In this document: in pieces, positions 46,606-57,140 of the stretch
Layout of the letters: each line of letters starts with the position of its first letter
How positions within the stretch are numbered: the stretch's first letter is position 1
IMG/VR virus record: IMGVR_UViG_3300011678_000001
Location: 1-64,000 of that record
Reading direction: 5' to 3' (one strand)
DNA length: 64,000 nucleotides
Origin: a virus
Taxonomy: Duplodnaviria > Caudoviricetes
Program-made: the position numbers and the translations under genes
The notes under the pieces: model-generated
What the model was told of the DNA's origin: nothing
Databases searched by the model: none
Seen by the model: the letters and a program-made list of their open reading frames with translations, nothing else

Positions 46606-49600
46606 TTAGAGCTTCGGCAGATCGATGTCTGGGAGTTCCAGGTCATCATGTGCGTCTTCAATTTCCTTCTTCTGCTTAGCCGCCTCTTTCTCAGCAGCGG
46701 TTACTTCCTTGTCCCCTTCTTCAGGGGCTTTCTCTTCTTCCTCTTCAACCGGAGCATCAGTCTCAGGTTCTTCTTCGGTAGCTGGAGTTTCCTCCTCTTC
46801 TACTTCAGCTTCTTCCTCGACCACTTCCTCTTCAGCGTTCACGTCAGGCTCTTCAACCTCAGAGACGGGCTCTTCGACTTCAGGTTCCTCAGTGACTGCC
46901 TCTTCAGGTGCATCCAGCTCTACTTCAGCAACCTCTTCCTCTGCTGCCTCGGCCTCAACTTCAGGTTCTTCAACTTCAACCTCAGCGTCAGGGACTTCTT
47001 CCTCTTCCACATCGATCTCAGCCTCAGCCGGAATCTCTACGTCAGCGGGTTCAGGCTCTGCAGTCGCCGGTTCGGCGTCTACCTGAGGTTCATCATCGTC
47101 CAGCGGGATGTCCGCCAAGTCGATGCTAGGTTCTGTCGGAGGAGGACCTTCAGCGTCCGGTTCTTCAGCAGTGTCATCCTTAGGTGCTTCAGCGTCTGGC
47201 TCAGCCTCTACATCCGGTTCAGCAGCCGCGTCATCATCAACCGAGGCGATGTCAAAGGTGTCTTCGGCATCTGTGGTCACGTCAGCTGTTTCTCCAGCAT
47301 CGGTACCTTCAGCGGCTTCCACGTCGCCCTCTACTGCCTCTGCGTCATCAGCCGGTGCATCAGCGCCTTCTACCTCACCACCGAAGTCATCGAGTCCATC
47401 GCCTTCAGCGTCACCGGGTTCGGCATCTGGGTTGTCCAGATCATCCCCTGCAGCTTCTGCAAACGGATCAGCTTCAGTGTCTGTGGTATCCAACTCGCCA
47501 CCGTCGTCCGGTAGGCTGCTGTCATCGGCTACGCCACCTGCTGCGTTCTTCGCCTCTTCAAGCTCCTGCTTACCTTGAGCGACCTTCTCTAAGACCTTGG
47601 CCCGCTTCTTGGCTGCTCTGACCACCTTCTTGATGTAATCGGACAGGGCGTTGTTAAGGCCGTCCAAATGATCGCCAGCAGTCTCCAGCAGGTCAAAGGC
47701 AGGGCTGCCATCTTCCTCGTTAACCGTGGTGAACACATCCAGCTCAGGCAGGACATTGTTGTTACGCAGCCAGCGACGCTGGAACTCGGCCTTGACCACT
47801 GCCTTGATATTCGGGATGATCTCCTCCATACCCAGGGCGGTGTCGGTTGCAAACATCTCCTCGTTCATGTAGGCGTCGATTACCTTGTCCAGCGCATCGC
47901 TGTAGGCTTCGAAATCTTCCATGGACTTCTTGATGTCGCCGATCTCCGGTGACGGCAGACCTGCGTGCAGGGCTTCGATGAACTGGAACAAGAAGGTGTC
48001 GATCTTCTCGGCTTCACTGAAGTCGGCAGCCGTGCGAATGTCTTCAGGGAGGAACTTGCTGTTCTCCTGAACCAACGCGCGCATCTCGGTCAGGAAGATC
48101 CCTGAGTTCAAGATGTACCGACGAATGATGTCCGTCAGGAAGGGTTCGAACTTCTCCTGGTTCTGGATCACGCGCTTGAGCAGCATCAGGTTGTTCTGCA
48201 CGACCGTGGTCGCAAAGTCAGTCTGATTGATACCCTCCATCATTTCCGGGCTCAGGCCGAACATCTGGATGTGACGCTTGCGCATCATCTCTTCGAGGTC
48301 GGTGTCCACCGGCTTGCTGGTGCCATCGCGTTGGCCCACGTTGAACTTGGTCTCAGGATAACGGCTGTTACCGGACACCACGACGTTGACGCCATGGTTC
48401 TGGATCTGGTCAGCCAAGCCCAATGGATGGGTCGACCCCACGATACGGCTGAAGCCCTGAGAGTTGACCTTGGCGTGTTCCGAGAGCATGAACTCTACAG
48501 TCTCCACCGGGTTCTCATCGTCCGGGTCCAGTTCGATCTCGATGGTCTTACCGCCGACGGCATTGTTGATCGTAGCCAGGGTGTTCGCCAACATCAACGA
48601 CGCCCGGATCGAGCCCAGGATCTTACCGTCTTCCAGCACCGACTTGCCCACACCGTATTCGTTGTAGTCAAAGGCGATGTAAGTCATCAGCTCTGGCGGC
48701 ACGAACAACATCATGGTCTTCTGACCCTTCAGGTGACGGGCCAGCATGATGCGGTTGATGTTCTCGGTCTTACCCAGCTCGTAATGCCCAGACAAAGCCC
48801 CGGAGCGCAAACGCGCCAACAGGTCCGCTTCCACGGCATCGGAGTGGATCTTACCCATCTCATCGATGATCTCGTTGTTCAGGCCACCCATGCCTTCAAA
48901 GCCACGACGGGCCTGAGAGATGATCTGGCTGGCATAGCCGTCAACGTTGTTCATCTGCGATTTGATGTCATCGTAATACGACGACTGACTGGCCACGTTG
49001 ATGGGGTTACCATCGATGTCCAGCATGACGTAGTAGCCGACGTGCTCAGAGGGATTGCCCGGCACGTGAATCGGGATCACCGACTCCGATGGCAGATGGA
49101 TCACCAACGGATGCCCGTAGGTTTCAGTGCCCGTCTGGGCATGGGTCATGACCGGCTGAACCGGGACGTGCGCATAGCGACGTTTACTGTAGAGGCTCTT
49201 CTCCACGGCATTGAGGTTACGCTTGGCATCCAGATCGCCAGACTGTGCCCGTGACTCCAACGAGGCCCGTTGATGCAACCGACCGCCGTAGATACGGCGC
49301 ACCGCGATCTTACGACGCGTCTCGACCACCATGGGGCGCTTCAGAATGTTGAGGTTGTCAATGACCTCAATGGTCTTGCCTTTCTCAATGATCTTGGACT
49401 GAATGGCCTTGGACATCTCAGCCAGCTTGGTGTGAGCGACCTTGTTTTCCTCAGTGTTGGGAACCATCGATTCCAGACTGATTTTAAAGTTGCTGACATC
49501 CACGCCACGGTTGTAGACGTTGCCCCGGTCAAAGTGCATGCTTTCGAACGACACGCCTGTGTAGGAGTCGGTCTTCTTCGGATCAGTCACCGGATTGCCC

Positions 49601-50190
49601 AAGATCCCCCACGGCAGGTAATTGCCCTGACCATCGGTTTCCTCACGCAGGTGATTGTCCAGCACGCCAATTGCCGATTCCATCGACACGCCTGCATAGT
49701 TCTCGCCATTGATGATTCGGTCAATGGAAGACTCAGGCATAATGAGCACCGGGTAGGACCCGGTCTCGAACATAACGTCGTTCAGGATAGGATGCAGCAG
49801 CGTCCTAATCCTATAGGAATTATCGAAGAACTCCTGGACCTTCCTAAGCAAGGGCCCGGTGAGGTTGCTATCCAGTGAGTCGTCCTTGATCGAGTACAGC
49901 ACTTTGCTGTCGGTCAGGTCACCTGGGGAAATGGTCGCCGAGATGATGATCTGCCGAGCATAGTCCATGTCTGGCAAGACTTGGAACAGGTTACGGGCAT
50001 CTTGAATATTGCCGATGGTGGTGTTGGCTACTTGAGCCAGGACGCGACCATCGGGCAACCTCATGTTTGTGCGTTGGTGGCCTGACCCGTGCGGATCAGC
50101 GCCCAGTTTCGCGATCGCTGCCTTGACGTCGTTCGGAATAGAACGTTGCGACAAGAAGCGCGGAAACCGCCTAGTCGTTTGCTCACTCAT
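46606..50190 (-). CDS. Portal protein (phiKZ gp129-like) with long acidic C-terminal extension
   Basis: LFQVLPDMDYARQIIISATISP, HLPSESVIPIHVPGNP.EHVGYY, YIAFDY..YGVGKS resemble the jumbo-phage portal; divergent from a baseplate gene block. Confidence 0.7.
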   Translation of the reverse strand: MSEQTTRRFPRFLSQRSIPNDVKAAIAKLGADPHGSGHQRTNMRLPDGRVLAQVANTTIGNIQDARNLFQVLPDMDYARQIIISATISPGDLTDSKVLYSIKDDSLDSNLTGPLLRKVQEFFDNSYRIRTLLHPILNDVMFETGSYPVLIMPESSIDRIINGENYAGVSMESAIGVLDNHLREETDGQGNYLPWGILGNPVTDPKKTDSYTGVSFESMHFDRGNVYNRGVDVSNFKISLESMVPNTEENKVAHTKLAEMSKAIQSKIIEKGKTIEVIDNLNILKRPMVVETRRKIAVRRIYGGRLHQRASLESRAQSGDLDAKRNLNAVEKSLYSKRRYAHVPVQPVMTHAQTGTETYGHPLVIHLPSESVIPIHVPGNPSEHVGYYVMLDIDGNPINVASQSSYYDDIKSQMNNVDGYASQIISQARRGFEGMGGLNNEIIDEMGKIHSDAVEADLLARLRSGALSGHYELGKTENINRIMLARHLKGQKTMMLFVPPELMTYIAFDYNEYGVGKSVLEDGKILGSIRASLMLANTLATINNAVGGKTIEIELDPDDENPVETVEFMLSEHAKVNSQGFSRIVGSTHPLGLADQIQNHGVNVVVSGNSRYPETKFNVGQRDGTSKPVDTDLEEMMRKRHIQMFGLSPEMMEGINQTDFATTVVQNNLMLLKRVIQNQEKFEPFLTDIIRRYILNSGIFLTEMRALVQENSKFLPEDIRTAADFSEAEKIDTFLFQFIEALHAGLPSPEIGDIKKSMEDFEAYSDALDKVIDAYMNEEMFATDTALGMEEIIPNIKAVVKAEFQRRWLRNNNVLPELDVFTTVNEEDGSPAFDLLETAGDHLDGLNNALSDYIKKVVRAAKKRAKVLEKVAQGKQELEEAKNAAGGVADDSSLPDDGGELDTTDTEADPFAEAAGDDLDNPDAEPGDAEGDGLDDFGGEVEGADAPADDAEAVEGDVEAAEGTDAGETADVTTDAEDTFDIASVDDDAAAEPDVEAEPDAEAPKDDTAEEPDAEGPPPTEPSIDLADIPLDDDEPQVDAEPATAEPEPADVEIPAEAEIDVEEEEVPDAEVEVEEPEVEAEAAEEEVAEVELDAPEEAVTEEPEVEEPVSEVEEPDVNAEEEVVEEEAEVEEEETPATEEEPETDAPVEEEEEKAPEEGDKEVTAAEKEAAKQKKEIEDAHDDLELPDIDLPKL

Positions 50191-50224
50191 GCGTTACCTC
50201 ATTATCCGTTTGGAACTTTAAAAG

Positions 50225-52414
50225 ATGATTACTCTTTATCAAATCTATCACGAGTCGGTGGTGAAGTTAGCCGCTACGCTGGTGGTAAAAGATGAGGCGA
50301 CTTGCGAGGTCATCAACAGCTGGCTATCGCAGCTGGGCTATGAAGTCCTCGCTGACCGCCCAGAGACCTGGAAGTACTACCTCAACTTGTCAGGTCGTTA
50401 CCACCCCACAGACACCCGGATGAAAGTCACCTCCATGGACACCCATGAGGAAATCGACTTCACCCGTGAGAACATGGACATCCACCGAGCCACATGGCGT
50501 GAGTACCGGTACGGTTCTCGCTACTATAAAGAACTCATTGCGCGTTACCCCAACCAGGACATGTTGATCCATGGGATCTTGAACCCGGTTGAGTTGGCAA
50601 CGGCCATCGCCGCGCCTGATCATAGTATTCTGTATTATGATGCATCTCTGGTCGAAAGCCGGGAAAGCAACCTGATACCGGAGTTGCAGCACTGGATCAC
50701 GGCCCAGTTTGTCCGCTGGGCGAATGATGATTACCACATCAACAACAGCCTGTTTATTGCGGCACGTTTGGTTTTGCTCTTTATGTCTCTGCCGGCTGCG
50801 ATCAAAAGCATCCGTCTGGGTAACTGCCGAACCAACCGGGCACACAGCTACCACATCCGTCGGTACCTGGCCTCCTTTGGCCCGCTGGACCGGTACTACA
50901 ATGAGATGAACGAAGCGCAGCGGTTGTACTTCTACCGCAACATTCGCTACCTCATGCGCAACAACGGTAAGACTGAAATCTTCAAGGAGCTGGTGGAACA
51001 TGTAATGACGCAGCGGAACTTCCCGCTGGCGCAATACACCATGCAGCAGAACGACCTGAACCTCACAGACACGTTCGACCCTGAGATCCAATACCTGCGC
51101 GAAAGCATCAACGGGATTGCCTCGGCTCTGGGCGATGACATCAAGAACACCGAACAGTTGCTGGAGTTGCAGCGTCCATTGGCACGGTCTAACGACAGTG
51201 AGAACAACGACGCGATCCAGTACATCCCGGCCCTGATGGATCGAAGCCTCAATGCCTTGGTCGACACCAAGACGCTGGAATCGAACGTCCTGGACCTTAA
51301 AGAGTCAGAACCCTACACCCTGTCTGAAGTCCTGTTGAACCAATGGATGTATCTGGCAGACACAGGCTACTACCGCTCGGTCCTGACCCTGCAGATGCCC
51401 AACGGGGGTGATGCCTTTAAGCTGTCGATGCGTGAAGCCTACATCGTCTACCAATACCTCTTTATGCTGAGGCTGGGTGTGGACATGGTGGAGATTCCAC
51501 GCCTGATGGCCAAACGGGTCCGTCGCATGCCGTTGCCAACCTTCAATGAGTTGCGCAGTATCACGACGCCTAAGGTCACCTCCGATGCCTTCATCAGAGA
51601 AGCGTTGCGGGATAACATCACCATCACCAACTACGTGTCGGTCGATGCCTTCCTTAAAGCGTGTCAGCAGATCCAGACGCGCATGTTGTTGCACCGCGAC
51701 CTGTATGTGTACCGTGAGGACCTGTTTCAGTTTGCCGAAATCAAATTGATGACCGATCGCCTCTATGCTGACATCCCATTGGACTTGGACCACGGCCAGC
51801 AGTACGCCGGATGGTTACGGGACCGAGGGTTGACCTTTGAAGGCTACACCCCTGCTCAGCTCGATGAGATCATGTTGTCGATCCTGAATCAGGCCACGGG
51901 CTTGGAGCTTCGGACTTCGCAGAGCCTTAAAGACGTTCAACGAGCCATGTTGGACATCATGGGTCAGCTGTCCAGTTACAGCGTGCACTTCATTCAACAG
52001 ATCAACGAAGATGCGGTCGTCATGTTCGACTGGCCTCACCTGCGATGGCATTATCCAGGCGGTAAAGCGGCGCATCAGATGCGCTTGCCTGCCGTCCAAG
52101 GGTTGCCCATCGATCTGTATGGTAGAGCCAAGCTCAAGCCTAAGCTCGACCTGCCTGCGGTGACGATAGCGGCGTTCGATTACACCGCCGAACATGCCAT
52201 GGGTATGGACATGGCACTCGAGATGGAACTCTCCGGACTGAACCAGTACCTGGAGCGGGGCTTGGTCCTTGGGGCCATGATGGGGACACTGATCCAGCCT
52301 GCGGTCGACTTGGCGCAACTGAACGGTACCCGTCTGACCATCCCAAGCCTTGAATCCAAATCGATTGCTGACCTATTTGACAGGACAGAGAGTAATGACT
52401 TCACAAACCCTTAA
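50225..52414 (+). CDS. Virion structural/baseplate protein (phiKZ gp128-like)
   Basis: 729 aa with PETWKYYLNLSGRYHPTD and YFYRNIRYLMRNNGK motifs. Confidence 0.65.
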   Translation: MITLYQIYHESVVKLAATLVVKDEATCEVINSWLSQLGYEVLADRPETWKYYLNLSGRYHPTDTRMKVTSMDTHEEIDFTRENMDIHRATWREYRYGSRYYKELIARYPNQDMLIHGILNPVELATAIAAPDHSILYYDASLVESRESNLIPELQHWITAQFVRWANDDYHINNSLFIAARLVLLFMSLPAAIKSIRLGNCRTNRAHSYHIRRYLASFGPLDRYYNEMNEAQRLYFYRNIRYLMRNNGKTEIFKELVEHVMTQRNFPLAQYTMQQNDLNLTDTFDPEIQYLRESINGIASALGDDIKNTEQLLELQRPLARSNDSENNDAIQYIPALMDRSLNALVDTKTLESNVLDLKESEPYTLSEVLLNQWMYLADTGYYRSVLTLQMPNGGDAFKLSMREAYIVYQYLFMLRLGVDMVEIPRLMAKRVRRMPLPTFNELRSITTPKVTSDAFIREALRDNITITNYVSVDAFLKACQQIQTRMLLHRDLYVYREDLFQFAEIKLMTDRLYADIPLDLDHGQQYAGWLRDRGLTFEGYTPAQLDEIMLSILNQATGLELRTSQSLKDVQRAMLDIMGQLSSYSVHFIQQINEDAVVMFDWPHLRWHYPGGKAAHQMRLPAVQGLPIDLYGRAKLKPKLDLPAVTIAAFDYTAEHAMGMDMALEMELSGLNQYLERGLVLGAMMGTLIQPAVDLAQLNGTRLTIPSLESKSIADLFDRTESNDFTNP

Positions 52415-53381
52415 CGGCCCTGCGTTAACCGCAGCTGCACTTAAGGAATCTGACCAGGAGGCGTTTCATCGCCTCTTGGCCGGCATGCTCCAAGGCGGGG
52501 TCAACCCTAGCAGCTTTGAGCATGGGCCGGTTACGGTCACTCCCGACAGTGCAGACCATGCGACCATTGAGGTCGCTGTGGCCCGCAGCAAAGCCCACAT
52601 CAGCTTGTGGGGGTATCAGGACAGCATCACCCTGCGTTACCGACGCGTCAGCCTTGAAGCCCTCAAAAGCCGATACGGTAGCGTCATCCGTGCAGACGTC
52701 CCGATCTCCAAGAAAGACCTGATGGCCATCTACTTCCATGAGAACCAGCTTCATGATCGGTCAGAACAGATCGTTGATGAGCCAGTGGAAAGCTTAGGGT
52801 CAGTGACGCTTGCCATGCAGCCGGATCAGTTCTTGTTGCACGGTCAAACCAGTTTCACGGTCAAGCCGTTCCAACGTCAGTTGTCTGCCGTGATTGCTAA
52901 TCCGGTGGTGCCGGGCTTCCGCACCCTGAGCGACTTTGATGCCGAACCAATTGAGCTGTTGGTTAATCAATTGGGGACCGTCAATGCCGACACCCTCCCT
53001 TACCCCTTGCAACCTGACCTGCTGGTCTTCAGTGCCCCTACCTTAAAGGGAGGCTACGCCCTGGATAACACCAGCATCACGGTCACAGGCTTTGGGGACG
53101 GCTACTACCTCGGCAGTCGGGAACTGACGTACACCCGGCATGATTTTGGTTGGTCCACTGGTGGCAACCAGCATTATGTAGAGGGGCCGTCACAACCGCT
53201 GACCTCGTACATGGTTGAGCGTGTCAATGCTTTGACAGGTTTCCCCATTACGCTCGATGACGTGGTGATTGAGTCGTACGACGTCGTACCAACGGGTGAG
53301 CTGATGACCTTGACCATCTTCTTCAAACCTGACTGCCTGCGCTATGCAGGTGAGTTGACCATTGACTACAGAGCGATCTAA
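52395..53381 (+). CDS. Virion structural protein
   Basis: ATG 52395; repeated ...YRR/YTR beta modules; structural operon. Confidence 0.6.
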   Translation: MTSQTLNGPALTAAALKESDQEAFHRLLAGMLQGGVNPSSFEHGPVTVTPDSADHATIEVAVARSKAHISLWGYQDSITLRYRRVSLEALKSRYGSVIRADVPISKKDLMAIYFHENQLHDRSEQIVDEPVESLGSVTLAMQPDQFLLHGQTSFTVKPFQRQLSAVIANPVVPGFRTLSDFDAEPIELLVNQLGTVNADTLPYPLQPDLLVFSAPTLKGGYALDNTSITVTGFGDGYYLGSRELTYTRHDFGWSTGGNQHYVEGPSQPLTSYMVERVNALTGFPITLDDVVIESYDVVPTGELMTLTIFFKPDCLRYAGELTIDYRAI

Positions 53382-53383
53382 TC

Positions 53384-53827
53384 ATGGCAAACTTCAGTCT
53401 GGAACAGTTGTTGCAATACCCGCCGTTAGAGGCTTTGATGATCTCGTATAACGAGGTGTTCGGCACACAGCTGAATCCACGCTACGTTGAATTGGTGCAT
53501 GTGATCCCCGGTGAAGCCGGACAGTGCACGGTGAAACTCAAAGCGCGGGACGTCCTGCCCAATAAGGACGAACAACGGTTCTTCAACACCGGCGAATTCG
53601 CCCTTCAGCGGTTGAACCTGGGCGAGGTGTTTGCCGAAGAGTTTTCCATTGAACACGTTGGCGAAATTGTCAGCCATGACGTGGGCCGCATCATCACCCA
53701 GAAGACGGGTGTGGTGTTTGATGCCTCAGACTTTGTCTCGGAAGTATTGACTCCTGAGAACAACGTCCTGAAAGCCGCCCCCGAGTCGTTGCGCTGGTAC
53801 GGTTCGCTGACCATTACCCGGTCTTAG
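53384..53827 (+). CDS. Virion structural protein
   Basis: 147 aa ending LKAAPESLRWYGSLTI; same operon. Confidence 0.6.
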   Translation: MANFSLEQLLQYPPLEALMISYNEVFGTQLNPRYVELVHVIPGEAGQCTVKLKARDVLPNKDEQRFFNTGEFALQRLNLGEVFAEEFSIEHVGEIVSHDVGRIITQKTGVVFDASDFVSEVLTPENNVLKAAPESLRWYGSLTITRS

Positions 53828-53835
53828 AGGTCGCC

Positions 53836-54846
53836 ATGTACGTACGCCCCCTGCGATATAACAAGCCTACAAACCAGCAACTGCTGGACATCTTCAACTT
53901 CACCAACAAGTCTGCCGTCGAACCTTGGCAGGTGACGTTTGGTGCGCCGTATCCCGTTGCGGATAATGGCATGCAGATCACCGCTGCCCATGTCAACGAC
54001 TACAACCAACAGCGTCCCACTCAGGGTACGTTGACCCGGATCGAAGTCATCCCGACGCCTGAGTCAGGGTGGACCAAGACCTTGCAACTGACGTATCGCC
54101 GTCAGGTGATCCAGGATCACTTCGTCAGTGTGCCTTTTGTAATCTACGCGACCGAGAACACGCCGGAGGTTATTTTAAAAGGACTTCACGAACAATATGG
54201 TCTTTATCTCGACCAAGAACTTGTGGACATCACGTTCCAACAAGTCGACTTGGCCGACGTGCTGTTCCATACCCACATGGGCAGTATCCTGGAAACAGAT
54301 TTCTGCAGCGATTACGTTCCTCCGGCTTCGTACAACGCCCTCGTCAAAATCAAGCCCAACCATCCGATCTGGACAGGTGAGCTGAATGTCTACATCCGTG
54401 AAGCGGTCAAGTTCTTGGACCGCAGTGTGAAGACGACGTTGGAAGTACACCGTTACTTGGGTCCTGGCGATCACAACAAGATGCCAGCCGAAATGATTCT
54501 GCCCAACAACCGGTTCGTGGATTACGACTATTACATGAAAGGCTTGAAGGTCGGTGACCTGCTCGAGTCCTGGATTGTTGATACCGCCCGCGAAGTCACT
54601 GGGGACAACTGGGTCTTCACCCAGAATGCCAATCCGTTCAACCTGTACGCATCGCGTGTCGTCTATAATGGTTTGAACACCGGCGAAGTCTACATCAACG
54701 ACCCGAAGGTTAGTAATGTTTTGATCATTCAGTTCTCTGATGAGCATTGCACCAACATTCGGGGTCAGTGGGTGATCGGCTATTACAACCGGGACACATG
54801 GCAGCGCCGCGAACGGATTGACTACTTGCCCATTCAGGACCAGTAA
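53836..54846 (+). CDS. Virion structural protein
   Basis: 336 aa, GAGG RBS, HPIWTGEL module. Confidence 0.6.
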   Translation: MYVRPLRYNKPTNQQLLDIFNFTNKSAVEPWQVTFGAPYPVADNGMQITAAHVNDYNQQRPTQGTLTRIEVIPTPESGWTKTLQLTYRRQVIQDHFVSVPFVIYATENTPEVILKGLHEQYGLYLDQELVDITFQQVDLADVLFHTHMGSILETDFCSDYVPPASYNALVKIKPNHPIWTGELNVYIREAVKFLDRSVKTTLEVHRYLGPGDHNKMPAEMILPNNRFVDYDYYMKGLKVGDLLESWIVDTAREVTGDNWVFTQNANPFNLYASRVVYNGLNTGEVYINDPKVSNVLIIQFSDEHCTNIRGQWVIGYYNRDTWQRRERIDYLPIQDQ

Positions 54847-54892
54847 CCAATCGTATGTACTGTTTTCTTTCTGACCGATAAAGGCCAACCAA

Positions 54893-55765
54893 ATGCAAAA
54901 GATTGTTCCGACGCAGCTGTCGAACTTCCTCCAGGTCGCTAACTTCCTGGGCACCGGATTTGAACAGCACCCCAACACCACACTGAACCAGAAGTTTGAC
55001 ATTCAGGCCAGTGCGGTGGTCCAGCCAAACATGAAGCCTGCGCTGAAGTTCTACACCATCGGTTACGGTGGTCATGGATACACCATGGGCGCGAACAACA
55101 TCCCACTGTCCTCGGTGATCGATCACAGTTCAGGGGATGCGGGTCTGTACGAGCACCTGCCCTTTGTCATTCGTCCGATCAATGACGACCTGACAGCCGG
55201 TGAGCGGTCCAAGTACTGCCTGCGTAAGACCATCTCCGTCGATGGCGTGAACTACTACGCCTACTACGGTAAGCGTCTGGACATGACCGGTGTTAAGCCA
55301 CGCATGACCAAGCGCAGCATCGTTGACGGCCAGACCGTGATCGAGGAATACGTCTACACTGAGAAGAACCTCAGCCCGACGCCTCCAGAAGTGCCGAACA
55401 CAGGCGCTGTCACCACCAGTAACGCCTACCTCGCCACGAGCGCCATCGTCCCGATGCCGTTCACCGAGAAAGACGTCGCTGAGCTGTACAACGTCGCCGA
55501 GATCCTCTTCGGTGATCGCCGCATGGCCATCATCAGTGAGTTCGGTTTCTGCACCGCTGTCGATGCTGACGTGTCGATCAACACCACGTCTGGCGCAGTG
55601 AACTTCAAAGAAGTCATCGGCGCTCAGATTGCTGCCATCATCAGCGGTCACTACGAGCTGATCTTCAACAGCAAAGGCTTTGACTTCAGCCTTGAAGTCG
55701 GCGCTTCCCAGCCGCTGCTGGGTACCAATCAAATCCCGACCGTAACGGTGGCGATGACTAAGTGA
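54893..55765 (+). CDS. Virion structural protein (phiKZ gp139-like)
   Basis: NTTLNQKF, YYAYYGKRLD, AIISEFGFC; strong codon bias; AATCGTATG upstream. Confidence 0.65.
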   Translation: MQKIVPTQLSNFLQVANFLGTGFEQHPNTTLNQKFDIQASAVVQPNMKPALKFYTIGYGGHGYTMGANNIPLSSVIDHSSGDAGLYEHLPFVIRPINDDLTAGERSKYCLRKTISVDGVNYYAYYGKRLDMTGVKPRMTKRSIVDGQTVIEEYVYTEKNLSPTPPEVPNTGAVTTSNAYLATSAIVPMPFTEKDVAELYNVAEILFGDRRMAIISEFGFCTAVDADVSINTTSGAVNFKEVIGAQIAAIISGHYELIFNSKGFDFSLEVGASQPLLGTNQIPTVTVAMTK

Positions 55766-55789
55766 AACTTATCCGCCTAAGGTGACTTT

Positions 55790-56380
55790 ATGAACTTCTC
55801 AGATGAATCATTCATCTACCGCATCATGGCGATTGACAATGGGTCCTCGTCATTGGGGATGGTGATCGCCGACTTGGACCTTAGGCAGGATACCTACCAC
55901 ATTCAGTACGCCAACACATTCCTTGCTGAAAAGCTCATCGATGATCGGGCCGGTCAATTGATCAGTCATGGTCCGCGTTGGGCAAGGCAGAATACCCTGC
56001 GTGATCACATCGCGCAGGAGTTGCGGTTTCACAACCCGCATGCCGTTGCTGTCGAGACCCCGTTTTTCATGCCGAGGAGGGTGCAAAGCTTCGAGACCCT
56101 GACAGAGATGATGATCTTCATCCGCCAAGCGGTGGAAGAATACAATCCCATCGCTGACATCTACCGGGTGACCCCTGGCGAAGCTAAGCGCGCAGTGCAA
56201 CCCTCGAAAGACTTCAGCATGAAAAAGGCCGTAATCAAAGATTGCGTCCTGAAATTGGAAAATATAACGTATAAAGATGGAATCCGTAAAGACGCCCTGT
56301 CGGAGCATGAGTACGATGCGATCGCTGTAGCCAGGGCTCATGGCCAAGCGATTCGTAAGGCAACCGGCTTCGCGAGGTGA
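55790..56380 (+). CDS. ruvC: RuvC-like Holliday junction resolvase
   Basis: IMAIDNGSSSLG, VAVETPF, TPGEAKRAV, SEHEYDAIAVA give the D/E/D catalytic pattern. Confidence 0.8.
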   Translation: MNFSDESFIYRIMAIDNGSSSLGMVIADLDLRQDTYHIQYANTFLAEKLIDDRAGQLISHGPRWARQNTLRDHIAQELRFHNPHAVAVETPFFMPRRVQSFETLTEMMIFIRQAVEEYNPIADIYRVTPGEAKRAVQPSKDFSMKKAVIKDCVLKLENITYKDGIRKDALSEHEYDAIAVARAHGQAIRKATGFAR

Positions 56381-56402
56381 CAGCCTGCGAGGAAAAAGCG
56401 TC

Positions 56403-56867
56403 ATGCTAATGTCTGACGTGATAAAGGTGCTGGGGACTGAACCCTTGAATGAGTTCCCGTGGGGAGTGTGGGTAAAAGACACAGTGAACCTGTTTGTCGA
56501 TGAGAACGCAAGACTTATGGACGAGTCTACTGGGGAAGACGTTCTCGCCTCCCTGAACACGCTGCCTGAAGAACAGCGTGAGCTTATCCTGCGTGCGCAG
56601 CTCGATCCTGCCCATCATTGTGTCGTCTCGCCGGTCGGCGGTGGCATGGTGCTTGAGATCGATGAGCAGCCACTGGAACCAGCCGCTGAAGTTAAGGCTC
56701 TGGTCACCGCCATGCAGACACCACAGTTCTTGGTGTCATCGACCATGGTCGGACTGGTGGTCTTGGCATCGCTCTGGATGGTATCGACTTTGTCGGTGCA
56801 TGATGACGTCCATATCCTGGAAGCTATCGTGGCATTCGTTAAGGTCTTCGGCTTGGCTATTCCGTAG
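56403..56867 (+). CDS. Membrane protein
   Basis: C-terminal hydrophobic helices; GAGGA RBS. Confidence 0.6.
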   Translation: MLMSDVIKVLGTEPLNEFPWGVWVKDTVNLFVDENARLMDESTGEDVLASLNTLPEEQRELILRAQLDPAHHCVVSPVGGGMVLEIDEQPLEPAAEVKALVTAMQTPQFLVSSTMVGLVVLASLWMVSTLSVHDDVHILEAIVAFVKVFGLAIP

Positions 56868-56876
56868 AGGTGCGCA

Positions 56877-57080
56877 ATGGAACAGGAAATGCTTGACACA
56901 ACGCCAAAGAAAAAGTGGGGCATCAAAGCGTATCTGATGTTGATGACTCTGGCAGTCATGTCCACAACGTTTGTGGTGGAGATGGTAGCGGCTGTGAAAG
57001 AGGGCAGAGGCATGAATATGGAGCTCGTCAACAAGCTCCTAGACACGCTTCTGACGCTACTTACTGCGACACCGGTGTAA
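56877..57080 (+). CDS. Small membrane protein
   Basis: KKKWG followed by a hydrophobic helix; GAGGT RBS. Confidence 0.65.
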   Translation: MEQEMLDTTPKKKWGIKAYLMLMTLAVMSTTFVVEMVAAVKEGRGMNMELVNKLLDTLLTLLTATPV

Positions 57081-57087
57081 TGCCATA

Positions 57088-57134
57088 CATAGACCCCCTA
57101 CAACGCCGTCACAAGCGTTGTAGGGGGTCTATGC
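57088..57134. terminator. Bidirectional long hairpin (CATA-stem-TATGC type)
   Basis: CATAGACCCCCTACAACGC-loop-GCGTTGTAGGGGGTCTATG, a perfect 19-bp stem. Confidence 0.75.
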
Positions 57135-57140
57135 TGGATG

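Noticed and set aside
46625-47620. Ser-rich and Phe-rich plus-strand ORFs and apparent tandem repeats
   Set aside because: They are the antisense read-out of the portal's acidic low-complexity tail.
56403-57080. Membrane gene pair as holin/antiholin
   Set aside because: Only hydrophobicity supports it, and the pair is not linked to the endolysin.
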